From assembly GCA_038207335.1 (NCBI GenBank), contig JBBQZX010000015.1, forward strand, positions 32,001 through 96,000: a stretch of 64,000 bases of DNA. The letters run 5' to 3'. Below the pieces are notes generated by a model. It was given only the letters and a program-made list of their open reading frames with translations, had not been told where the DNA came from and did no database searches. This document shows, in pieces, positions 9,370-17,435 of the stretch. How positions within the stretch are numbered: position 1 is the first letter of the stretch; each line of letters opens with the position of its first letter. The stretch is from Chthoniobacterales bacterium (GTDB lineage: Bacteria > Verrucomicrobiota > Verrucomicrobiia > Chthoniobacterales > Chthoniobacteraceae). The translations under genes were made by a program, and so were the position numbers.

Positions 9370-11106
9370 ATGACCTCACTCGGTAAGTTTGTTCTCACGC
9401 TGCTCGTCCTCGCCGCGGTCGGATTCGGCATCTTCCGCTGGTGGGATAAAATCGCGCCCGCCTCCGATCCGCACGCCACTTCGATCAACACCGCTGCGGT
9501 AAAAGAAGAACTCGCGAAGAAGCCCGACGCAAACCCGGACGTGACGAGCAAATTGCTCGCGGGCGACAAAGCCGTCTCGCTGGTCGATGGCTCGGCGATC
9601 CCGGCCGTTGCAGGCGTGAGCGACTACGACAAGACGATGAAGGACGGCAAATTCGTCGTCGAATTTCCGATCAACGTCTGGCCCGGCTGGGCGCCGATCA
9701 TCGTCGCGAATAACGGCATGGAGCCGAACGAAGGGAGCGTCTTTTTCAAGAAATACGGCTTCTACGTGAAACTCTCGATCGTCGATGACCCGGTGAAGGC
9801 GCGCGATCTTTTCGCGAGCGGACACAGCCACGTTTTGTGGGGCACGCTCGACATGATGTCGCTCTTCGCGTCGGAGCTGGCGAAGGATTCGCGCACCGTC
9901 CCGGTGGTCTGCCAGCAGATCGACTGGTCCGCCGGCGGCGACGGCATCGTGGCGCGCAACGACATTCGCTCGATCAATGATTTCCACGCGAAGAACGGCA
10001 AGCGCCGCAAGGTCGTCCTCGCGCAAAATTCTCCGAGCCACTACTTCATCATGTCGCTGCTCATCGACGCCGGGATCGATCCGGCGGAGGTCGATTTCCG
10101 CTGGGCGGGCGACGCGCCGGCGGCGGCGAAAATCTTCGTGCAGGACAAATCCTTCGACGCGTTCGTCGGCTGGTCGCCCGACATTTACACCGTCTCCGAT
10201 TCGGTGAAAGACACGCGCCTCGTGCTCAGCACCGGCAGCGCGAACCGCCTCATCGCCGATGTGTGGGCGGTGCGGAACGACTTTTACCGCGACCATCCGG
10301 ACATCGTCGGCAACCTCGCGCGCGGCATTTTCACGGGCATGGACATGGTGCGGAAGGACGTGCCCGGCGCGGCGAAATTGCTCTCCGCGGCGTTCAGCAT
10401 TCCCGTCGAAGATTGCACGAACATGATCGGCAAGGACGGCGGCGTGGCGACTGGCGACGCGCATCTCACTAACTACCGCGAGAACGTGAATTTCTTCCTC
10501 GACCCGTCGAATCCGTCGAATTTTGAAGTCGTCTGGAATCGCGCGACGACGATCTACAAATCGCTCGGCGCGATCACCAATCCCGTCGCCGCCGCGAAAG
10601 TGAAAGCCGCGCAGCTCCTCGCGAAGATGTCCGAGGAATACAAGGACGTGCGCGACATGTCGCAGGCGACGTTCCGCCCCGGCGCAATCTTCAAAAGCGC
10701 GGAAGCCGAGAGCGGCGAGATCCTGACCAAGTCGGTGATCATCACCTTCCCGCCGAACAAGACGACCATCGACGCCGCCTACGACGCCGGAATCCCGCAG
10801 GTGATGGAGGAAATCGGGAAGCTCGCGGGTGCCTTTGGGAATGCCTACATCGTCGTCGAGGGCAACACCGACGCGACGCGCAAAGGCATCGTGCCGCCGG
10901 ACCTCGTGCGGCAGCTCAGCTACGATCGCGCGGACTCTGTGCGCCGCGCGATTTTGGAGAAATACAAATTCGATCCGAACAAGTTCAAAGTCATCGGCAA
11001 CGGCTGGGACAATCCGGTTCAAGGAATGACCGACGCGAGCAACCTCGAGCACAACAAGAAGAACCGCCGCGTCGAGGTGAAGGTCTTCCCTCTCGAGAAA
11101 GAGTAG
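9370..11106 (+). CDS. NMT1/TauA-like ABC substrate-binding protein fused to a C-terminal OmpA peptidoglycan-binding domain
   Basis: N-terminal TM anchor; INVWPGWAP, IDWSAGGDGIVAR, WSPD, IADVWAVR; OmpA motifs VEGNTD, LSYDRADSV, NRRVEVKV. Confidence 0.85.
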   Translation: MTSLGKFVLTLLVLAAVGFGIFRWWDKIAPASDPHATSINTAAVKEELAKKPDANPDVTSKLLAGDKAVSLVDGSAIPAVAGVSDYDKTMKDGKFVVEFPINVWPGWAPIIVANNGMEPNEGSVFFKKYGFYVKLSIVDDPVKARDLFASGHSHVLWGTLDMMSLFASELAKDSRTVPVVCQQIDWSAGGDGIVARNDIRSINDFHAKNGKRRKVVLAQNSPSHYFIMSLLIDAGIDPAEVDFRWAGDAPAAAKIFVQDKSFDAFVGWSPDIYTVSDSVKDTRLVLSTGSANRLIADVWAVRNDFYRDHPDIVGNLARGIFTGMDMVRKDVPGAAKLLSAAFSIPVEDCTNMIGKDGGVATGDAHLTNYRENVNFFLDPSNPSNFEVVWNRATTIYKSLGAITNPVAAAKVKAAQLLAKMSEEYKDVRDMSQATFRPGAIFKSAEAESGEILTKSVIITFPPNKTTIDAAYDAGIPQVMEEIGKLAGAFGNAYIVVEGNTDATRKGIVPPDLVRQLSYDRADSVRRAILEKYKFDPNKFKVIGNGWDNPVQGMTDASNLEHNKKNRRVEVKVFPLEKE

Positions 11107-11130
11107 CGCTCACCGGGTTTTCACCCCCCG

Positions 11131-11991
11131 ATGACCGGCTTCTTCATCTTCGCGATTAGCTTCGCGCTGCTGCTCACCGCCGTCGTCCGCTTCGGCCGGC
11201 TTTCCGTGCGCCGCGAACTCTCGAACACCGTAGGCACGGTGCTCACGATTTCCTTTATCGCGCTCGTCTTCCTCGCGTGGTGGGCATGCACGCGGGGCGC
11301 GCGCATCGAGGACCGCGTCCTCTCGCCGATCATCCTGCCCAGCCCGATGGAAGTGCTTCACGCCTTTCCGAAACTGCACTTCGAGCAGGAGCTTGTCCGC
11401 AGCGCGCTGCGCTCGTTTCAGCGCGTGACCATCGGCTTCACGCTCGCCGCGATCGTGGCCGTGCCGCTGGGTGTTTACATGGCCAGCTTCGCGACGATCT
11501 CCGCGTTTTTCCGCCCGCTCGCTCTCGTCGGCGGATACGTCCCGATCGTCGTATTCATCCCGCTCACGCTCGCGTGGTTCGGGCTCGGCGAAGCGCAGAA
11601 AATCGGCTTCCTTTTCATCGGCTGTTTCGTCGCGCTACTGCCGCTCGTCATCCGCGCCATCGGCGACGTTCCGCGCGCGTTTCTGGATGTCGCCGTGACG
11701 AAAGGCGCGACGCAATGGCAGCTCGTCCGCCACGTTTTGTTCCCCGTCGCGCAGGCGGAGATTTGGGAGAATCTGCGCGCCGTCTATGGCGTCGGCTGGG
11801 GCTGGATCATCCTCGCCGAAGTCGTCAACGCGCAGACCGGACTCGGATACCTCATCTCCGTCTCCGAGCGCCGTGGGCACACCAACGCCATCTTCGCGAT
11901 CATCGTCGTCATCGTCACCATCGCCGTTGCTTGCGACCAGCTCTGGCGTCTCGGTGCGCGCCTCCTTTTCCCGTACAAATTTCGCGCCTGA
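11131..11991 (+). CDS. NitT/TauT-family ABC transporter permease
   Basis: ILPSPMEV, YVPIVVFIPLTLAWFGLGEAQK, EAA-like loop DVAVTKGATQWQL, WGWIILAEVV. Confidence 0.9.
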   Translation: MTGFFIFAISFALLLTAVVRFGRLSVRRELSNTVGTVLTISFIALVFLAWWACTRGARIEDRVLSPIILPSPMEVLHAFPKLHFEQELVRSALRSFQRVTIGFTLAAIVAVPLGVYMASFATISAFFRPLALVGGYVPIVVFIPLTLAWFGLGEAQKIGFLFIGCFVALLPLVIRAIGDVPRAFLDVAVTKGATQWQLVRHVLFPVAQAEIWENLRAVYGVGWGWIILAEVVNAQTGLGYLISVSERRGHTNAIFAIIVVIVTIAVACDQLWRLGARLLFPYKFRA

Positions 11992-11994
11992 CCG

Positions 11995-12945
11995 ATGCCC
12001 GACGACGCCCCCAAACCAAGCGCCGAAGCCGTTCCGGCGCACCCGACCACGATCACGCCCGCCGAGATCGGTCACGCCGAGCACCCGAATCCCGCCGCGG
12101 AAATCGGCCTCCCCGAGGTCGTCACTTTCCGCAGCGTCACGAAGACTTTCGGCGAAGGCGCCGACGCCAAAGTCGCGGTCCAGGACGTCTCCTTCATCGT
12201 CCACGACCTGCCAGGAATCGGCGAACTCGTCTGCATCGTCGGCCCGTCAGGTTGCGGAAAGTCCACCGTCCTTCGCCTCATCGCCGGCCTGCAGCCGCAG
12301 TTCCCTCCCACCAGTGGCGAAGCCCTCGTCTTCGGCAAACCCATCGCCGGCCCGAGCGCCGATCGCGGCGTCGTCGATCAAAAATATTCGCTGCTGCCGC
12401 ACCTCACCGTCGCAGAAAATATCGCCTTCGGGCTGCGCCTCCGCGGCACGCCGGCCAAGGAACGGCGGGCCCTCGCGAACGAGTGGGCCAAGAAAGTCGG
12501 CCTCGAAAACTGCGAGCAGAAATATCCCTCCGAGCTTTCCGGCGGCATGCAGCAGCGCGTCGCCATCGCCGCCACGCTCATCCTGCGCCCGCGCATCCTC
12601 CTGATGGATGAACCCTTCGGCGCGCTCGATCCGAAGACCCGTCTCCGCATGCAGGAACTTCTCGTCGAGCTCTGGAAAGAGCAGGACAGCACCGTCTTTT
12701 TCGTCACGCATTCCGTGGAGGAAGCGGTCTATCTCGGCGATCGCGTCTTCCGCATGGCTGCCAATCCCGGACGGCTCGTCGAGGAGTTGAAAGTCGAGCG
12801 CCCCGACGAGTCCCTCGAAGACATGCGGCAGCGCCCGTGGTTCGGCGAACTCACCCAAGAGCTCCTTCGTCGCCTCGAACAAGACGCGCTCGCGTCGGGA
12901 GCCTTGCGTGGATCGCGGAAGGTGCCGCATCTTCACGCGCGCTGA
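11995..12945 (+). CDS. NitT/TauT-family ABC transporter ATP-binding protein
   Basis: GPSGCGKST, LSGGMQQRVAIA, LLMDEPFGALD, FVTHSVEEA. Confidence 0.93.
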   Translation: MPDDAPKPSAEAVPAHPTTITPAEIGHAEHPNPAAEIGLPEVVTFRSVTKTFGEGADAKVAVQDVSFIVHDLPGIGELVCIVGPSGCGKSTVLRLIAGLQPQFPPTSGEALVFGKPIAGPSADRGVVDQKYSLLPHLTVAENIAFGLRLRGTPAKERRALANEWAKKVGLENCEQKYPSELSGGMQQRVAIAATLILRPRILLMDEPFGALDPKTRLRMQELLVELWKEQDSTVFFVTHSVEEAVYLGDRVFRMAANPGRLVEELKVERPDESLEDMRQRPWFGELTQELLRRLEQDALASGALRGSRKVPHLHAR

Positions 12946-13886
12946 TGGATCACGACGAGCCGAGTTATCACCTCGAGTTTTTGAAAAGCCGCCTGCACGG
13001 CTGGGTCGGCTTGCTCACTCTCGGCACGGGCTTCGTCACTGGCCACGCGCTGCCGCTGATCGTCGGCGCGACAGCCTACTCGCTCGCGTGGATTTATCTG
13101 CCGGACCTGCCGTTCTTCCGCGGCTCTGTGGATCGTCGCCGAGCCGAAGCGCGCGCGGCGGAGGAGCAGGCGAAAGTCATGGAATTCACACGCCGCCGGG
13201 ACGCCGTTCTCGGCGCCCTCGCGCCCGAGCGCCTCGCCCGCTACCAGGCGCTCGCCGAAGTCTGCCAGAGCATCGAAGCCGCCAGTGCCGAGACCGCGCC
13301 CGCCGATGCGGACCCGCGTCTCCGCAAGCTCGACGAGCTGATGTGGACTTATCTCCGGCTCCTCTCGATCGAGGAATCGCTCGAGCGTTTCGTCGAAACC
13401 GAACGCCGCGAACGCGTCCCGGAACTGACCAAACAAGCCGAGGCCGAAGTCACGCAACTCGGCACCGAACTCGAAGCCGCCAAAGCCGCCGGCGAAAAGA
13501 ACATCGACGGCCGCCAGCGCTTCCTCGCCTCTCGGATGGAGCGCCTCGACGTTCTCCACAAGCGCCTCGAACGCTCGGTGCAGGCGCAGGAAAATCTCGC
13601 TCTCGTCGTCGCCGAGGAAGAGCGCCTCGACCAGCAGATCAAGCTCATCCGCGCCGACGCCGTCGCCTCGCGCAATGCCGGCGCGCTCACGGCGCGCATC
13701 GATGCCACCGTCCAGAATCTCGACGAGACGAACAAGTGGCTCTCGCAGATGGACGAGTTCAAAGACCTCGTCGGCGACATGCCAGCGACCGACCTGCGCG
13801 TCGGCTTCCGACCCGTCACCCTCCCGCCGCCAATCACCGGCGCCCGCCCGGCCACACCCCGCCGCAATCGCACGCCCGCTTCGTAG
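12945..13886 (+). CDS. Membrane-anchored coiled-coil protein of unknown function
   Basis: ATG overlaps upstream TGA (TGATG); two N-terminal hydrophobic helices then long E/R/L/A-rich heptads. Confidence 0.78.
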   Translation: MDHDEPSYHLEFLKSRLHGWVGLLTLGTGFVTGHALPLIVGATAYSLAWIYLPDLPFFRGSVDRRRAEARAAEEQAKVMEFTRRRDAVLGALAPERLARYQALAEVCQSIEAASAETAPADADPRLRKLDELMWTYLRLLSIEESLERFVETERRERVPELTKQAEAEVTQLGTELEAAKAAGEKNIDGRQRFLASRMERLDVLHKRLERSVQAQENLALVVAEEERLDQQIKLIRADAVASRNAGALTARIDATVQNLDETNKWLSQMDEFKDLVGDMPATDLRVGFRPVTLPPPITGARPATPRRNRTPAS

Positions 13887-13932
13887 CGCGGGCTGGCAGC
13901 ACGCGCCACGGCAGGCTAGAAGCCTTGATACA
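13883..13932. repeat. Degenerate GTAG-type REP pair within the operon
   Basis: GTAGCGCGGGCTGGCAGCACGCG ... GCAGGCTAGAAGCCTTGATACA; each arm is an imperfect palindrome. Confidence 0.4.
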
Positions 13933-15695
13933 TGACCGACTCCCCTCCCCGTCTTCCCCTTCGCGGGTGGGCGCTCGAACTCGCGCGCCGCTGGAATTCC
14001 GCGAGCTACTCCCTCTTCATCCTCCACGGCAATATCTTCGACGTCTTCCCCGTGCAGGACGGCGCGGATCTCGCCTACGTTTCGCTCAAGAGCTTCCTCG
14101 CGCGCCGCATTTTTCCCGACCGCGCCTTCCTCCTTTTCTACGACATCAGCGAGGGCCTCACCTTCTCCACCGCCGAGATGCAGCGGCGGTTCTTCGAGTG
14201 GCTCGAGGTCTTCGATTCGGTGGAAAGCACCAGCTTCCGCGTGCAGGGTCCGCCCCGCGAATTCACGCGCCTCGCGCCGCTGCTGCGACGCTTCTTTCTC
14301 CACGCCGCGGAGAGCAGCGGCAGCGTCACACTCGTCGTCGATTTTCCCGAAAAGATCATCCCCGAGTCACCTGATTCCGGCTCGAGCGCGGAGGAGCGCA
14401 TCGCCCTCGTCACGCTCTTGAAATGGGCCGGCTCCACCGAGCTCCGCCAGCACGATGTCGGCGTGCTGCTCGTCACCGAAAGCGCTGCCAAACTCGCCGG
14501 CGACCTCCTGCAAAATCCGCACACCGCACAGATCAAGATTGAGCTGCCCGGCGCGGAGGAACGCCTTCGCTTTCTCGAATCGAAGACGCTCGGCGAAGTC
14601 GCCCATGGTTCGCCGATCAAGGACTGGAGCGACTTCCCGGCCGACGAACTCGCCAATCGCCTCTCCGGGTTGAACCTCACGCGCATCCAGCACCTCCTCG
14701 CGGAAGCCGTCCGCAACGGCGCTCGCGTCACCGCCGATCACGTCGGCCGCGGGAAGAAACGCCTCATCGAGGAATACTGCCAGGGCCTCGTCCGCTTCAA
14801 GAATCCCAAGCCCGGCATGAACCTTGACGCCGTCGCAGGCCACAAGCCCGCGAAGGCCCGCCTGCGCGAACTCGCGTGGCTCATCGCCAACGGCAAACGC
14901 GACGTGCTCGAGCGCGGCGTCCTGCTTCCCGGCCGCGTCGGCGTCGGCAAATCCTTCCTCGTCGATTGCTTCGCCAGCGAGTGCGGCCTGCCGATGATGG
15001 AGCTCGGCGAGTTCCGCTCGAAATGTGTCGGCGACACCGAGCTGCAGCAGGGGCGCATCCTCATGACGATTCGCGCGCTCGGCCCCGTCATCGTCGTCGT
15101 GGACGAGGCCGACGCCGTCTTCGGCACGCGCGAGGGCGACGGCGACAGCGGGGTCTCGGGGCGCGTCTTCGCCGCCTTCGCCGCGCATCTCGGCGACGCC
15201 ACGCTGCGCGGTCGCGAGCTGTGGATCGCCATGACCTCGCGCCCTGACCTGCTCGCGATCGATATGAAACGACAGGGCCGCTTCGGCCTCTGCATCCCGC
15301 TCTTTCCCGCGCAGGGCCCCGACGACGTCGTCGAGCAATTCACCGCCATCTCTGCTTTCAAAAAGATCACCCTCACCGATCCGATGCTCGCCTTCATCCG
15401 CGAGACGCTCGGCGCGCGGCCCCTCACTGGCAGCGACGTGGATGCCATCCTCACCCGGGCCAAGGAACGCGCCGTCCTTGCCGGCAGGGATGCCACCTTG
15501 GAAGTCCCCGACCTCGAGACCGCCGTCAATTCCTTCATCGACCCACTCGACCCCCAGCTCTTGGAACTCCAGGAACTCGCCGCCATCCTCGCCTGCTCCG
15601 ACCGCCGCTACCTCCCCGACGCCATCCGCGACGCCGACCGCACCGCCTTGGCAGAGCACCTCCGCACCCTGAAGGCGCACCTCCGCGCGCGTTAG
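13932..15695 (+). CDS. AAA+ ATPase (degenerate N-terminal module plus one intact classical AAA module)
   Basis: Walker A GRVGVGKS, Walker B VVVDEAD, sensor MTSRPD, Arg finger KRQGRF. Confidence 0.9.
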   Translation: MTDSPPRLPLRGWALELARRWNSASYSLFILHGNIFDVFPVQDGADLAYVSLKSFLARRIFPDRAFLLFYDISEGLTFSTAEMQRRFFEWLEVFDSVESTSFRVQGPPREFTRLAPLLRRFFLHAAESSGSVTLVVDFPEKIIPESPDSGSSAEERIALVTLLKWAGSTELRQHDVGVLLVTESAAKLAGDLLQNPHTAQIKIELPGAEERLRFLESKTLGEVAHGSPIKDWSDFPADELANRLSGLNLTRIQHLLAEAVRNGARVTADHVGRGKKRLIEEYCQGLVRFKNPKPGMNLDAVAGHKPAKARLRELAWLIANGKRDVLERGVLLPGRVGVGKSFLVDCFASECGLPMMELGEFRSKCVGDTELQQGRILMTIRALGPVIVVVDEADAVFGTREGDGDSGVSGRVFAAFAAHLGDATLRGRELWIAMTSRPDLLAIDMKRQGRFGLCIPLFPAQGPDDVVEQFTAISAFKKITLTDPMLAFIRETLGARPLTGSDVDAILTRAKERAVLAGRDATLEVPDLETAVNSFIDPLDPQLLELQELAAILACSDRRYLPDAIRDADRTALAEHLRTLKAHLRAR

Positions 15696-15733
15696 AACTC
15701 TAGTTACAGCTCCGACAGCATTCCTATTATTAC

Positions 15734-16399
15734 GTGCTCATACCTTACAGCGTCAATACGCTAACCATTCGTTCCCCTTGGGCTAATCTGAGTCTTCTGG
15801 CACTCAATCTCGTCTGCTTTGGGTTTCTCCTAGCTGGTGCAATTCCTGATGAATGGGTGGAAAAGCTCGTCCTCTTCGATTGGTCCCCGCTCGGGCTTAT
15901 CGGTCACCAGTTTCTCCATGTCGGCTTCGGTCATCTCATTGGAAATATAATCTTCCTTTGGGTCTTCGGTAATGCCTTGAACGGCGTCATGCATCACTGT
16001 GAATACCTCCTTGCTTACCTCGGTTGCGGACTCTTCGCCGCGGTCGTTCATCTTCTCGTCGATGGCTCTCCCGCCGTCGGCGCAAGCGGCGCCATCTCCG
16101 GCCTTCTTGGCCTTTACCTCGCCGTTTATCCAAAGAACGAGATCACTTGCTTTTACTGGTTCTTCCGTCCCGGCAGCTTTGAGATCAAGGGCTACATCCT
16201 GATCATCGGATGGTTTGCGTGGGATCTTTACACCGCCATCCATGGCTCCGATGACATTGCCGCGTGGGCCCACGTCGGGGGCACTCTCGCCGGCTTCGGC
16301 ATTGGCATCTTCCTCCTTAAACTCCAGCGCATCTACCTCGGCGAATACGACAACCCAAGCATTCTCAACCTCCTTCCGTCTCGCGCCCCGGCCGCATGA
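15734..16399 (+). CDS. Rhomboid intramembrane serine protease
   Basis: FLHVGFGHLIGN, GASGA catalytic Ser, AWAHVGG catalytic His; GTG start. Confidence 0.9.
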   Translation: MLIPYSVNTLTIRSPWANLSLLALNLVCFGFLLAGAIPDEWVEKLVLFDWSPLGLIGHQFLHVGFGHLIGNIIFLWVFGNALNGVMHHCEYLLAYLGCGLFAAVVHLLVDGSPAVGASGAISGLLGLYLAVYPKNEITCFYWFFRPGSFEIKGYILIIGWFAWDLYTAIHGSDDIAAWAHVGGTLAGFGIGIFLLKLQRIYLGEYDNPSILNLLPSRAPAA

Positions 16400-16442
16400 C
16401 GATGCTGACGCTCCTTCTTCGCCGCATCGCGGTAAAATAATA

Positions 16443-17360
16443 TCAGTCCTCGCGATTTGGCACGGCTTGGTCGCTGAGTTGCATTTTGATCTCGTAGCGG
16501 GCGGCGCAGAGGCAGCCGCCGAGGATGATGATGGCGCCGGAGAGGTAGATCCACATGAGGAGCGCGATGACGCTGCCAAAGGTGCCGTAGAGTTTGTTGA
16601 AGTTTGCGAAATTCTGGATGTAGAGCGCGAAGCCCCACTGCACGAGGCCGAGGCCGACGGTCACAATGAGCGAGGCGAGCCAGACCTCGCGGAATGTCGT
16701 GCGGCGGCGCGGCGCATATTTATAAAACATGGTGAAGCCGTAGTAGAGCACCACTGGAGAGACGAGCAGCCGCAGGATGCGGAATACCTCCGCCATCCAT
16801 TTGAAGTCGAGCCCGACCTGCCAGGAGTTTTTCCAGTAGAGGTCGCGGATTTGATCGACCACCGCCGGGAGCACGATGCCGAAGAAGAGGGCGCTCGCGA
16901 GGATGGCGACCATGAGGAGGTTTTTAATCGGGAGGCGCCACCAAGAGTATTCCTTCGTCCCCCACGCGCGGTTCACACCGTGGACGAGGCTCTGGAAAAA
17001 GCGGAGGGAGCTCCAGGCGAGGACGCCGAATGCAATAAAGCCGGCCTGGCTGCGGGATTTCAGGGCGCCATTGATCGTGCTGACGAGGGACTCGCCGACT
17101 TCCACGCTGTCGGGGAGGTAGTGGGTCAGCTGCTCGGTGATCGTGTCGGAGGCGGCCTGCTGATTTCCGAGGAACATGGAGCCGAGAGTGATGAGGAGCA
17201 CGAGCAGCGGGAAGAGCGCGAAGAAGGCGTAGTAGGCGAACGATGCGGCGCGCTGTTCGCCGTCGGTCTCGTCGTATTTCCTGATCGCGCGCCAGAGCAC
17301 GGCCCACGTGTTTTTGGCAAACGCGCGCAGGGGCGGCGGGATGCGATTCAGGGCGTTCAT
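16443..17360 (-). CDS. yihY: YihY/BrkB family membrane protein
   Basis: AASFAYYAFFALFPLL; VNRAWG; YGTFGSVIALLMWIYLS. Confidence 0.88.
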   Translation of the reverse strand: MNALNRIPPPLRAFAKNTWAVLWRAIRKYDETDGEQRAASFAYYAFFALFPLLVLLITLGSMFLGNQQAASDTITEQLTHYLPDSVEVGESLVSTINGALKSRSQAGFIAFGVLAWSSLRFFQSLVHGVNRAWGTKEYSWWRLPIKNLLMVAILASALFFGIVLPAVVDQIRDLYWKNSWQVGLDFKWMAEVFRILRLLVSPVVLYYGFTMFYKYAPRRRTTFREVWLASLIVTVGLGLVQWGFALYIQNFANFNKLYGTFGSVIALLMWIYLSGAIIILGGCLCAARYEIKMQLSDQAVPNRED

Positions 17361-17435
17361 CGGTGCGACCGTAGGCAGCGTGCCCGACGCTGCCAATGTT
17401 GCAGGCGTGCCGGGAGCGATTAGCCTACGCCGCCA

